From: Minisyncoccota bacterium
Lineage (GTDB): Bacteria > Patescibacteriota > Minisyncoccia > JAHIHE01 > JAGLIN01
Direction of reading: 5' to 3'
Assembly: GCA_023142595.1 (NCBI GenBank)
Contig: JAGLJF010000027.1
Span: 1-61,453, forward strand
DNA: 61,453 nt
Positions 1 to 10,082 of the stretch are shown piece after piece. The notes beneath the pieces were generated by a model. That model made no database searches. It saw only the letters and a list, made by a program, of their open reading frames with translations, and was not told the DNA's origin. Both the position numbers and the translations under genes were made by a program. How positions within the stretch are numbered: position 1 is the stretch's first letter; every line of letters begins with the position of its first letter.

Positions 1-56
1 TAGGGGAGGATGTGGTGGAGTAGGAGAATGCAGATTTTATTATTTAATAAAAAAAT

Positions 57-776
57 ATGATTCTTTCTATTATTATTCCTACAAAAAATGAGGAAGTTTA
101 TTTACCAAAACTTCTGGAAAGTATTAAAAAACAAACTTTTTCTGATTATGAAATTATTGTGGCAGACAATAAGTCGGAAGATAAGACTCCAGAAATTGCA
201 AAGAAGTATAATTGTGTGTTGACGCAAGGAGGAATGCCTGGGCCAGGGAGAAATTTGGGAGCGAAAATTGCCAAGGGAGAGATTTTATTGTTTCTTGATT
301 CTGACACTGAACTTGAAAATGAGTTTTTTTTGGAATTACTTATTGAAGAATTTCAAGACAAGAGATTAGATGGAGCTGTTCCAAGAGTATTGCTCGAAGG
401 TAAATTTCTTGATAGATTATATTATGATTTTTGGAATACTTTGGTAATGATTTTTCAGAGATTAAGTCCCTTTGCTGGAGGGTGGTGTATATTTTCCAGA
501 AAAGAAGTGCACGATAAAATAAATGGATTTGACGAAAGAATTGTTTTGGGCGAAGATTCTGATTATGCAAAAAGAATTAGCAAGATTGGAAAATTTAGAA
601 TGATAAAAGGTTCAAAAGTGAAAGTTTCTCCAAGACGATTTGAAAAAGAAGGGCATTTGAAAATCATTCTTCAAAGCATTGGAGTTGGTTTGTGGTGGGC
701 AATTAAGGGAAAAGATGACAAAGGAAATCGATTTGGGTATAATTTTGATATATATAAAGATAAGGAGAAGAAATAA
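57..776 (+). CDS. Family 2 glycosyltransferase
   Basis: 239-aa ORF. The N-terminal 'IIIPTKNEE' and a 'LDSD' DxD-type motif are typical of GT2 enzymes. Confidence 0.8.
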   Translation: MILSIIIPTKNEEVYLPKLLESIKKQTFSDYEIIVADNKSEDKTPEIAKKYNCVLTQGGMPGPGRNLGAKIAKGEILLFLDSDTELENEFFLELLIEEFQDKRLDGAVPRVLLEGKFLDRLYYDFWNTLVMIFQRLSPFAGGWCIFSRKEVHDKINGFDERIVLGEDSDYAKRISKIGKFRMIKGSKVKVSPRRFEKEGHLKIILQSIGVGLWWAIKGKDDKGNRFGYNFDIYKDKEKK

Positions 777-1017
777 ACAGATAAACAGTGTAGATTTGAA
801 TGGTTATCAATTCTACGCTCTCTTGAGAGCGGTTTCGAGCAGAGTGGAATAAATTCGATTTATAATATTCATCAAATAATTTGTATTTTTTCAAAGCCGT
901 GCGTAAACCTCTGTCGAGACAGAGTGGAAGATTTTACTTTTCATTCTTTTTTAAAAAGAGATTTGACAACACTAAAAAGCAAAATTATATTTGATAATAA
1001 ATTTATAAGTAAAAAAT

Positions 1018-2034
1018 ATGAGAAATAGACATTTAGAAGGAATAACTCCGGTTGATGAGCTAGAATTGGATCAAAAGGAAATAAAAAATAATGGTGAACC
1101 TGAAAAAAGTAGGGCGGCGAAGGAGGCAAAGGAGGCAAAAGATATTGATGTAGAGAAAGAACCAGAAAGTGAAGAAGCGGAAGGTTCTAATGAGGATAAA
1201 GAAAGAAAAAGTGCTTTAAATGAAGCTCGAGAGAAATTTGCAGAAATGCCAGATAGTAGAAGTGAAATTACAAAAGAAGTTTCTTTTTCTGAAGAAAAAA
1301 TAACTCCTGCGCAATTTCGAGAAGAGATAAAAAAGAAAGCAGAAAAATTTGATGGATCGAAAACAGAAGCTGTTGTAAATTTTGTAAGAGATGGGGTTTG
1401 TGATTGGAAAATTTGCAAAGGTCTTCGTGAAGGTTTTGCCGAGATTGTGTCAGATGTTATTATCGAGGTATTGACGAAAGCGGGGATAGACAATGAAGAA
1501 TTGGCTAAAATTGAAAATATAATTGATACTGGAGGTGGGTATGGAAATAATTTGAAAGTTATTATTAGAAAAATAAAAGAAAAAAATAAAAGTGATAAAA
1601 AAATTAATGGAGTTTGTTTAGATAATAAAACGAGTCTTTCAGAGGAGGCTGAGAATGATGAAGAAATCGTAGGAAGTTATCAAGATGCTTGCGAGACATC
1701 ATTTGAAGATGGTTCATTTGATTTGGTTATGGCAACTCATTTATTGCAGGAAATAAAGGGAATTGAAAATAAGAAAAATATTTTACGAGAAATGAAAAGA
1801 ATTTCCAAAGGAATAATAGTTCTTATGGTCGAGGAAAAAAGAATTGGTGTTGATGGTATGAAAGATTGGACTAATCATATTGTTAACAATTTCAATACAA
1901 AGTTTGATGTTTTGAAAGAAGATGAATATAAAAAACTTTTTGAAGAATTGGGATTTACAATTGAAGCTGAAGTTAGATCTGAACCCAATAAGATAACTTA
2001 TTTATTGAAATTTGATAAAGAAAAAGTAGAATAG
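1018..2034 (+). CDS. Class I SAM-dependent methyltransferase with an acidic/Lys-rich N-terminal extension
   Basis: 338 aa. 'IIDTGGGYG' resembles SAM-binding motif I, and 'FDLVMATHLLQEI' follows downstream. The N-terminal ~150 aa is low-complexity E/K-rich. Confidence 0.6.
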   Translation: MRNRHLEGITPVDELELDQKEIKNNGEPEKSRAAKEAKEAKDIDVEKEPESEEAEGSNEDKERKSALNEAREKFAEMPDSRSEITKEVSFSEEKITPAQFREEIKKKAEKFDGSKTEAVVNFVRDGVCDWKICKGLREGFAEIVSDVIIEVLTKAGIDNEELAKIENIIDTGGGYGNNLKVIIRKIKEKNKSDKKINGVCLDNKTSLSEEAENDEEIVGSYQDACETSFEDGSFDLVMATHLLQEIKGIENKKNILREMKRISKGIIVLMVEEKRIGVDGMKDWTNHIVNNFNTKFDVLKEDEYKKLFEELGFTIEAEVRSEPNKITYLLKFDKEKVE

Positions 2035-2052
2035 CAATTGATATCGATAAAG

Positions 2053-2086
2053 AAATCCAGCTAAACCGTGTTTGCTGGATTTTTTG
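2053..2086 (+). terminator. Intrinsic terminator
   Basis: Stem AAATCCAGC/GCTGGATTT (2053-2061 / 2074-2082) followed by a T-run. Confidence 0.7.
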
Positions 2087-2179
2087 TTCCTCTTTTTTTG
2101 CTCAAAACCTGAATTTATGGTATTTTTAGTAATAAAGAGTTTAAATTTTAGTTAAAATAAACAAATTAAATCTAAATAA

Positions 2180-4885
2180 ATGCAAACAAAAAATTGGCAT
2201 AATTTAAGTATTAAAGATGTTTTGGAAAAATTGAAATCGTCTCACGAGGGACTTGCTTCAGATAAAGCTGAGCGTCGATTGAAAAAATATGGAAAGAACG
2301 CTCTTCCAACAAAAAAGAAGTTTACTGCCTTGGTAATCTTTTTAAATCAGTTTAAGAGTCCTTTAGTTTATATTCTTCTAGTTGCTGCGTTAATCTCTTT
2401 TGTTTTAGGGGAAATGATTGATGCTGGTGTGATTCTTTTTGCGGTTTTTCTCAATACGATTGTGGGATTTATTCAAGAATCTAAGGCTGAAAATTCTTTG
2501 GCAAAACTGAAAGAGATGGTTCAGCATAAATCATATGTGATTAGAGATGGGATTGAAAAGGAAATAGATTCTGAAGACATTGTTATTGGAGATATTATCG
2601 TGCTTAGGGCTGGGGATCGAATTCCTGCTGATGGTAGAATCATAGAATCTCACGAATTTGATGTTGATGAATCAAGCTTAACAGGAGAATCTGTTCCAGT
2701 AAGCAAAGTTTCGAAAATTCAGGATAAACAAGGATTTGAGCAAAGCAAAGATAATATGGCTTACATGGGAACAGCAATTTCTAGAGGAAGGGGAGTTATA
2801 GTTGTGACTTCAACTGGAGTTGAGACAAAATTTGGTAAAATAGCGCAACTATTAAAAGAGACGGAAAATGAAGATACTCCTCTTCAAAAGCAATTAACAG
2901 TTTTTAGTAAATTGTTCGGAGTATTAACATTTTTAATAGTAGTTAGTATTTTAGCAATAGGATTATTTCGAGGTGTTCCTTTCGAGGAAATATTTATAAT
3001 TGCTGTGGCTGTGGCTGTGGCTGCAATTCCAGAGGGATTATTAGTGGCCGTGACAGTAGTTCTGGCAATTGGAATGCAAAGAATTCTTAAAAAAGGGTCA
3101 TTGGTTAGAAAACTTGTTGCAGCTGAAACCCTTGGAAGTACAACAGTAATTTGTACAGATAAAACAGGAACTCTTACTGAGGGAAAAATGCAAGTTGATC
3201 ACATTGTTACAATGAGTTCGGTTTTTTCACTTACAAACAATACAAAAGATAAGGTCATAGAGGAAGAAAAGCATAAATTAGCCCATATGGTCGCTATTAA
3301 AATCGGAATAATTTGTAATAATGCTATAGTTGAAAATCCTGAAGAAACTTTTGAAAAATGGAAAATTCATGGTGATTATACGGAAAAAGCTCTTTTATAT
3401 TCTGGTTTAAATATTGGTTTTGATACGCAAAAAATTAGAAGTGATTATAGAAGAATTGGTGAAATTCCATTCAATTCAGAGAGAAAATTCATGGCTACTT
3501 TAAATAAATCTGATTCTGATAACTATGAGATTTATGTTAAAGGTGCTCCAGAAGAGATAATTAACAGGTCTCGCTATGTTTTGATTGAAGGCAAGAAGAA
3601 GAAAATGACAGAAGAGAATTTGAAATTTTTGAAAAAAAATCAAGAAGATCTAAGTAAGAAAGGATTAAGGGTTCTTGGGGTTGCTTTTAAAAACGTTGAA
3701 GATGAAAATATTTCAGAAAAATTTATTGAAGAGAATGACGATGAACTAGTAAACGATCTAATTTTTGTAGGGTTGATTGCCATCAAGGATCCAATCAGAA
3801 TGGAAGCAAAAAAAACTATTGAGCTTGCAAGAGATGCTGGAGTTGGGATTGTGATGATAACTGGAGATAATCGTTTGACAGCTAAGACCATAGCCAACGA
3901 GCTTGGAATGAGAGTGGATGATAATAACATTTTAGATGGACATATATTAGATCAAATGAATACAAAAGATTTTAATAATATAGTTGGAAAAATCAAAGTT
4001 TATGCTCGTGTTTCTCCTCATCATAAATCAAGGATAATTGATGCCCTGCAAAATAAGGGAGAGGTTGTGGCAATGACAGGGGATGGAGTGAACGATGCGC
4101 CAGCTCTTAAATCAGCTGATATCGGAATTGCTCTTGGAAGTGGAACAGAAGTTGCCAAAGGAACTGCTGATATTATACTTCTAGATAATAATTTGAAAAC
4201 TATTATAACAGCCGTTGAACAAGGGCGAGTAATTTATGAAAACATTAGAAAAGTTATCGTTTATCTTATTTCTGATAGTTTTAGTGAAGTTATTGTGATT
4301 GTGGGAGCACTCATTCTCCTTCCTCTTGTAGATAATGAAGTTTTACTTCCTTTAACTGCTGTTCAAATTCTTTGGATCAATCTTGTTACGGACGGTCTTC
4401 CTAATTCAGCTCTAACATTAGAACCCAAAGAGGATAATATTATGAAAGAGCCTCCGCGTAAAACAAACGAGCCTTTGATGAATTCTGAAATTAAAACATT
4501 AATAGCCGCAATAAGCATTTCAAGCGGAGTTCTATCCTTGGCGGTATTTTGGTATGTTTTCAATGTAACCGGAGATTTTGCAAGAGCTAATACTATAACT
4601 TTTTCAATTTTAGCAATTGATTCTTTAATTTATGTTTTTTCTGTTAGGTCACTTCGACATTCAATTTTTCAAAAGAATATTTTTTCGAATAAGTATTTAA
4701 TCGGAACTGTTGTAGTTTCTTTTGCTTTTCAAATGTTTGCAATATATCATCCCTTCTTTCAGAATATATTAAAAACAGTTCCACTTAACACAGCGGATTG
4801 GTCGTTAATGATATTTGTCTTTGTTGTAGAACTTGTTATAATTGAAATTATTAAATATTTATATATAGTTAAAAATAAGAAATAA
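2180..4885 (+). CDS. Cation-transporting P-type ATPase (type II, Ca2+-ATPase-like)
   Basis: 901 aa with TGES, the DKTGTLT phosphorylation site, IPEGL in TM4, TGDN and the GDGVNDAPAL hinge. Confidence 0.9.
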   Translation: MQTKNWHNLSIKDVLEKLKSSHEGLASDKAERRLKKYGKNALPTKKKFTALVIFLNQFKSPLVYILLVAALISFVLGEMIDAGVILFAVFLNTIVGFIQESKAENSLAKLKEMVQHKSYVIRDGIEKEIDSEDIVIGDIIVLRAGDRIPADGRIIESHEFDVDESSLTGESVPVSKVSKIQDKQGFEQSKDNMAYMGTAISRGRGVIVVTSTGVETKFGKIAQLLKETENEDTPLQKQLTVFSKLFGVLTFLIVVSILAIGLFRGVPFEEIFIIAVAVAVAAIPEGLLVAVTVVLAIGMQRILKKGSLVRKLVAAETLGSTTVICTDKTGTLTEGKMQVDHIVTMSSVFSLTNNTKDKVIEEEKHKLAHMVAIKIGIICNNAIVENPEETFEKWKIHGDYTEKALLYSGLNIGFDTQKIRSDYRRIGEIPFNSERKFMATLNKSDSDNYEIYVKGAPEEIINRSRYVLIEGKKKKMTEENLKFLKKNQEDLSKKGLRVLGVAFKNVEDENISEKFIEENDDELVNDLIFVGLIAIKDPIRMEAKKTIELARDAGVGIVMITGDNRLTAKTIANELGMRVDDNNILDGHILDQMNTKDFNNIVGKIKVYARVSPHHKSRIIDALQNKGEVVAMTGDGVNDAPALKSADIGIALGSGTEVAKGTADIILLDNNLKTIITAVEQGRVIYENIRKVIVYLISDSFSEVIVIVGALILLPLVDNEVLLPLTAVQILWINLVTDGLPNSALTLEPKEDNIMKEPPRKTNEPLMNSEIKTLIAAISISSGVLSLAVFWYVFNVTGDFARANTITFSILAIDSLIYVFSVRSLRHSIFQKNIFSNKYLIGTVVVSFAFQMFAIYHPFFQNILKTVPLNTADWSLMIFVFVVELVIIEIIKYLYIVKNKK

Positions 4886-4887
4886 AT

Positions 4888-5328
4888 ATGTTTAATAACG
4901 TGCCATTAAATTATAAATGTCCGATTTGTCTTGCAGTCAAGGGGATTGAGAATGAGGATACTTGGATAAAACAGGCAGATATTTTTTATCGAGATGATTT
5001 TGTTATGGGATTTATTAGTTCTAAATTTATAAAAGGAAATGAAGGTCATCCGCTAATTGTTCCAAATAAACATTTTGAAAATGTCTATGATTTACCAGAA
5101 GAAATCGGATCTCAAATATTTCATGTCGGGAAAAAAATAGCAATTGCTCTGAAGAAATTGCGAAACTGTGATGGAGTTAATTTAATGCAATTTAATGAAC
5201 CCGTAGGAGATCAACACGCATTTCATTATCATTTACACATTATTCCTCGATTTGAAGGTGATGATTTTCATGAAGAATTTTGGAAAGCCAAAAGGTCTAA
5301 CCCAAAAGAGCGTATTCTATATGCTTAA
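4888..5328 (+). CDS. HIT family hydrolase
   Basis: 146 aa with the histidine triad 'HYHLHIIP' and an N-terminal CPIC. Confidence 0.8.
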   Translation: MFNNVPLNYKCPICLAVKGIENEDTWIKQADIFYRDDFVMGFISSKFIKGNEGHPLIVPNKHFENVYDLPEEIGSQIFHVGKKIAIALKKLRNCDGVNLMQFNEPVGDQHAFHYHLHIIPRFEGDDFHEEFWKAKRSNPKERILYA

Positions 5329-5364
5329 AATCTTAGTAATTATTTTAAACAAATATTATGAATC

Positions 5365-5838
5365 ATGAAAACAATAAAATGTAAAAATAATTATGGAAAT
5401 ATAGTTGAATTGCCTTTTGGTAAGTTTGAAAAACGTCTTTCTGTTTACGCAATTTTAAGACGAGATGATTGCGTGTTAATGTGTAAAAATAGAAGTAATG
5501 GAAAATTATGGCTACCTGGCGGTGGAATTGACAGCGGTGAAACAAATGAGCAGGTTTTGAGAAGAGAGTGTCTAGAAGAAACTGGTATATCTGACATAAG
5601 AATTAATAAACTGTTGGCAGAATATCAAAATTATTTTTATTACGAGCCAGAAGATTTAGCGATGGACGGTTATTTATATTTTTATGAATGTGAAACGGAT
5701 CAAGAACAGGTTAAACTAAATAACGAAATTGATGATGGCGAAGCAATTGATTTTCAGTGGTTGAAAATAAGTCAAATAGCAAAAGAAGATTTGTGCGATT
5801 TGAATGATGAAATATATAATTTGCTGAACTCTTTATAA
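5365..5838 (+). CDS. NUDIX hydrolase
   Basis: Nudix box 'GGGIDSGETNEQVLRRECLEETG'. Confidence 0.85.
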   Translation: MKTIKCKNNYGNIVELPFGKFEKRLSVYAILRRDDCVLMCKNRSNGKLWLPGGGIDSGETNEQVLRRECLEETGISDIRINKLLAEYQNYFYYEPEDLAMDGYLYFYECETDQEQVKLNNEIDDGEAIDFQWLKISQIAKEDLCDLNDEIYNLLNSL

Positions 5839-5864
5839 ACCGAATTTAATTAATAAAAAATAAT

Positions 5865-7160
5865 ATGCTTTACAGAATTAAACAAAAATTGAGAAAAGTT
5901 GTTCCTTATAATTTTATTTTATTTACACATAAGTTGAGAGTTGTTTTAGCAGTTTTGATGTATAGTTCTCCGAAGAGAAAAATCAGAATTATTGGAGTTG
6001 CTGGAACAAAAGGGAAGACAACAACTACGAATATGATTGTCAGAGTTTTGGAAGAAGGTGGTTACAAGGTGGCGATGCTTTCCACGGCTAATTTTCAAAT
6101 TGGCGAGAAAAAATGGTTGAATGATAGAAAACTGACATCAACAACTTCTTTTTATCTTCAGAAATTTTTGAAAAAAGCTGTCAAAGAAAAATGTGATTAT
6201 GCGATTGTGGAAATTTCTTCGCATGGACTTGTTCAGTTCAGACATTGGGGCGTGAAATATAAAACAGTTGTGCTGACGAATATGATGAGCGATCATCTTG
6301 ATTATCACAAGACTTATAAAAACTACAAGAATTCTCACGATGCTTTGATGACTAAGGATTTAGAAAATATAATCATTAATTATGACGATGAAGATTTGAG
6401 AAGTTTTTTGAATTTCGAGGGTCCAAAAAAATATGTCTTTTCGCTGAAAGATTATAAGGAAATTGAAAATGCAAAATTAATCAAAGCAGAAGATATAATT
6501 TCAAAAAAAGGTGGATTAGAATTCGCAATCAAAACTGACAAAGGAAAAATGCCAGTTCAATTACCACTTATTGGCGAGTTTAATATCTATAATTCTTTGG
6601 CGGCAACCGCAGTAGGTTTGGCTGAAAACATTAAACCGCTTGCTATAAAAAAGGCTTTAGAGTCAATTAAAAACATTCCCGGAAGACTTGAAAAAATTCA
6701 AGAAGGGCAAGATTTCGAAATTATCGTTGATTACGCTCATTCTCCAGATTCGCTTAAAAAAGTTTATGAAGCTGTAAAACCTACTGTGCAAAAAAGAATG
6801 ATTGCAGTTTTGGGTGGAACAGGGGATCGAGACAAGACTTATAGAGCTAAAGGCGGAGAGCTGGCTGATAAATACGCTGATATTGTAATTATTACCAATG
6901 AAGATCCTTACAGTGAAGATTTAGAAGAAATTATAGATCAGGTTGTTGTGGGGGTTAAAAATAAAATTACAGAAAAAACCTTTTTTCGAATTTCAGATAG
7001 AAAAGAGGCGATTCAAAAAGCAATTAATATAGCCCAGAAAGATGACTTGGTTATTATCACAGGAAAAGGAGCGGAACAGTTTATGATTTGCGGAGAAGAA
7101 AAAATTCCATGGGATGATAGAGAAATTACTAGAGAAGCGTTAAGCAATAGGATAAAATAA
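5865..7160 (+). CDS. murE: Mur ligase, UDP-N-acetylmuramoyl-tripeptide synthetase (MurE-like)
   Basis: 431 aa with the 'GVAGTKGKTTT' P-loop, 'EISSHGL', 'DHLDYH' and a C-terminal 'ITGKG..DDRE'. The N-terminal domain is short. Confidence 0.75.
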   Translation: MLYRIKQKLRKVVPYNFILFTHKLRVVLAVLMYSSPKRKIRIIGVAGTKGKTTTTNMIVRVLEEGGYKVAMLSTANFQIGEKKWLNDRKLTSTTSFYLQKFLKKAVKEKCDYAIVEISSHGLVQFRHWGVKYKTVVLTNMMSDHLDYHKTYKNYKNSHDALMTKDLENIIINYDDEDLRSFLNFEGPKKYVFSLKDYKEIENAKLIKAEDIISKKGGLEFAIKTDKGKMPVQLPLIGEFNIYNSLAATAVGLAENIKPLAIKKALESIKNIPGRLEKIQEGQDFEIIVDYAHSPDSLKKVYEAVKPTVQKRMIAVLGGTGDRDKTYRAKGGELADKYADIVIITNEDPYSEDLEEIIDQVVVGVKNKITEKTFFRISDRKEAIQKAINIAQKDDLVIITGKGAEQFMICGEEKIPWDDREITREALSNRIK

Positions 7161-7173
7161 AACTTTGTCCAAA

Positions 7174-7207
7174 CAAAAACACGGGTATTTTCCCGGTTTT
7201 GTTTTTT
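7174..7207 (+). terminator. Intrinsic terminator after murE
   Basis: Hairpin CAAAAAC-CGGG / CCCG-GTTTTG followed by a T-run. Confidence 0.6.
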
Positions 7208-7551
7208 GTTTTTGTATTTTTTTATAATGCGTTTTTTATAATTAATTTCCTCTCCTAAAAATTATTATAATTTTAAAACGACTTGTTTATTATATATTTT
7301 AATTGCTTGTGTGTCAATGTCTTAAGAAAAAGGACATCGTTTAAAATAAATACCACTGATCCTGTCAGTGGTATTTATTTTAAATATAAATTACAAAGTA
7401 AAAGATAAAATATTTTGTGATGATGTAAGGAAAATTTTTGAGATTGGAAAGATGTTTGATAAAAAAATATTTTTTGAAATAAATTATAGTTTTGCTTTGT
7501 ATTATTAGTAGGGTAAGGAATGTTATTAATTAAATAATGTAAACAATTTTT

Positions 7552-8112
7552 ATGAAAAAGGTTATAATTATAGGATTTTTAGCCGTTTTTATTTTATTTG
7601 TATATGTATGGCAAAATAGTAATAAGCAAAATGAAGATAATAAAACAATAGAAAGTGGCAGGATTTTTAATTTTGAAAGACCAGAAGAAAGGGTAGATAT
7701 TTCAGGAATTGTAAAAACCATTATTGGTAATGAAGTTACGGTTCTAAAAATAGAAAAACGAGCTTTTGATGAAAATGAGAATATAGAAGAAGGAGATGGG
7801 AATATAGATAATCAAAAAGAACAAAGACCAGCTTCCAGAACAGGTGGAGGTATGGGTATGGGCATGGGCGGTGCTCAATTAAACACGGAAACAAGTGACG
7901 TAGACATTGCTGCTAGGTTAGAGATGCTAAAAGGTATGAGTACAGGAGAAGAAAAGATTATCATTCCAGTTGGAATAAAAATGCTCAAAAATGAAGATGG
8001 AAAAATGATTGAAGCTACCTTAGATGATATTACCAGAGATAAAATGCTTATGATTTGGACTGATGAGAATATTACAGAAAGAAATGTTGCAAATTTTGTA
8101 GTAATTAATTAA
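7552..8112 (+). CDS. Hypothetical membrane-anchored protein, first gene of the efflux module
   Basis: 186 aa with an N-terminal hydrophobic helix and a GMGMGMGG tract. I recognise no domain. Confidence 0.5.
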   Translation: MKKVIIIGFLAVFILFVYVWQNSNKQNEDNKTIESGRIFNFERPEERVDISGIVKTIIGNEVTVLKIEKRAFDENENIEEGDGNIDNQKEQRPASRTGGGMGMGMGGAQLNTETSDVDIAARLEMLKGMSTGEEKIIIPVGIKMLKNEDGKMIEATLDDITRDKMLMIWTDENITERNVANFVVIN

Positions 8113-8160
8113 TAATAAGCAGGGAATTATTAATTTTCTAATTTTATAATTATAAATCAT

Positions 8161-10068
8161 ATGGACTCTATTCTAGAAGAAAGCAAAAAATCCAGAGGTA
8201 GTGTGAAATTTAAAATAACTAAAAAGAAAATAATAATATCAATTATTATTATTTTAGTTTCAACTTCTTCCTATTTTTATTTTAATAAAGAAAACACGAA
8301 AGAAAAAACTGTTGTTCAAAAAGAATGGACAGTAAAAAGTGATAATTTGAAAATATCCATTGAGTCAGATGGAAAAGTTATCGCAGAAGATGGAGTTGAG
8401 TTATCTTTTTCTGTCAGCGGTAATAATTTGGAAGTGGAAAAGGTATTTATTAAAGAAGGCGATAAAATCAAGAAAGGAGATAAGGTTGCTACTGTAAAAA
8501 CAGAAGTTTTAGAATTAAATGTCCGCTTGGCATATTCAAATTATTTAGCAGTCTTAGCAGATTATAATCAAATTGTAAACGGAGCAACAAGCGAAGCTAT
8601 TGCTAGTGCCAAAGACAGAATTACTTCAGCAGAAATATCTTTAAATCAAGCTGAAATTAGCCTAGAGAGCACTAAACAATCTGCCGAGAAAAGTATTCAA
8701 GATGCAGAAGATGATATTTATGACGCCAAAAATGACTTAAGGGATGCTAAAGAAAAATTAGATGAAAACCAAGATGAATTAAGTAGCGAAAATGTAAGTG
8801 ATGTTTATGAAAGTTTAGTGGATACAACAAAATCAATTAATATTAGTTTAGACAGTATATTAAAAGAATCAGATGAAATAGTAGGAATTGATGACAAGCA
8901 AATAAATAATGACTTTGAATATCTTTTAGGAGCAATGAATATGTCTTATTCAAATCAAGCAAAGAGTGGTTATTTGACATCAAAAAATGAACTTCAAAAA
9001 CTTGATTCTTTGGTATTATCATTAAATTTTAATAGTTCTTATGATGAGATTAATATAGCAGCAAATCAAGCAGTTCTTGCTTTGCAGGAATTTGAGATTC
9101 ATTTATATTATATGAATTTAATGTTAGAAGCAACAATTACTTCATCTGATTTTTCACAATCAGAACTTAATAATTTCATGTCAACAATTAGCACAAACAG
9201 AATAACCGTTAATACTAAGATGACACTTATAAATACAAAAATTGAAGCAGTAGATGATGCTAAAAATAATCTTGATGATTACGTTATTGACTATGAAGAT
9301 GCTCAAAGAGATCTTGATAATGCTGAGAGGGATTTTCTTAATGTTCAAGCTGATGCTTTGCGAAATATTGAAAATTCAAAAGCTGATATAGAAAGTAAAG
9401 AAATAAACACTGAACAAGCCAAACGAGATTATGATGATTTATTAGCTCCGTTAACTGAAACAGAAAAAGCTTCTGCAAATTCAAAATTAACCAGCGCTTC
9501 TGTTAACTTTGAAAAAGCTCAGAATGAATTAGGGAATGCAACTATTATCTCTCCGATTGATGGTGAAGTTGCAAGGCTTAATTATAAAACAGGAGATATT
9601 ATTATAGACAGTGGAAATGTTGACCCTGTAGCCGTTATTATAAATAATGACACTTTATTTATTGAAGTCGACATTGAAGAAGCTGATATCAACAAAATTA
9701 AAATTGGACAAACTGTTTACGCTACTTTTGAGGCTATGGACAGTTTGATACTTGATGGAGAAGTCAGTTTTATTTCACTTACCTCTAAAACAAATAATAA
9801 TGGGATTGTTACATACTTAGTTCGTATTGTGATAATGGATAAAGGTAATAATCAGATAAGAGAGGGTATGACTGTGTTTGTTGATTTTGTAACGGCTGAA
9901 GCTAAGAATATTTTGATTGTTCCAGTTAGCGCAGTTAGGAATATTAATGATATTCCTTCTGTATTAAACGCTGATAAGGAATGGGTACCAGTTACAACTG
10001 GATTTACAGACGGTAAAAACGTAGAAATTATAAAAGGATTGAATAGTGGTGATAAGATTGTATATTAA
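8161..10068 (+). CDS. HlyD/MacA-type periplasmic adaptor (membrane fusion protein)
   Basis: 635 aa with an N-terminal TM, a long coiled-coil centre, and a C-terminal beta-barrel-like region ('ISPIDGEV..L'). It is immediately followed by MacB-type ABC genes. Confidence 0.75.
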   Translation: MDSILEESKKSRGSVKFKITKKKIIISIIIILVSTSSYFYFNKENTKEKTVVQKEWTVKSDNLKISIESDGKVIAEDGVELSFSVSGNNLEVEKVFIKEGDKIKKGDKVATVKTEVLELNVRLAYSNYLAVLADYNQIVNGATSEAIASAKDRITSAEISLNQAEISLESTKQSAEKSIQDAEDDIYDAKNDLRDAKEKLDENQDELSSENVSDVYESLVDTTKSINISLDSILKESDEIVGIDDKQINNDFEYLLGAMNMSYSNQAKSGYLTSKNELQKLDSLVLSLNFNSSYDEINIAANQAVLALQEFEIHLYYMNLMLEATITSSDFSQSELNNFMSTISTNRITVNTKMTLINTKIEAVDDAKNNLDDYVIDYEDAQRDLDNAERDFLNVQADALRNIENSKADIESKEINTEQAKRDYDDLLAPLTETEKASANSKLTSASVNFEKAQNELGNATIISPIDGEVARLNYKTGDIIIDSGNVDPVAVIINNDTLFIEVDIEEADINKIKIGQTVYATFEAMDSLILDGEVSFISLTSKTNNNGIVTYLVRIVIMDKGNNQIREGMTVFVDFVTAEAKNILIVPVSAVRNINDIPSVLNADKEWVPVTTGFTDGKNVEIIKGLNSGDKIVY

Positions 10069-10082
10069 ATTATAAAATTTAT

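Noticed and set aside
820-932. A degenerate mini-CRISPR, given two similar ~16-nt repeats about 80 bp apart.
   Set aside because: There are only two imperfect copies, the spacing and length are atypical, and no cas genes or leader are present.
3001-3026. Short tandem nucleotide repeats: GCTGTG x3 here, GGTATG/GGCATG at about 7849-7872, and GCRAARGAG at about 1117-1140.
   Set aside because: All are in frame inside CDSs and encode low-complexity peptide tracts (AVAVAVAA in TM4 of the ATPase, GMGMGMGG, AKEAKEAK). They are not independent features.
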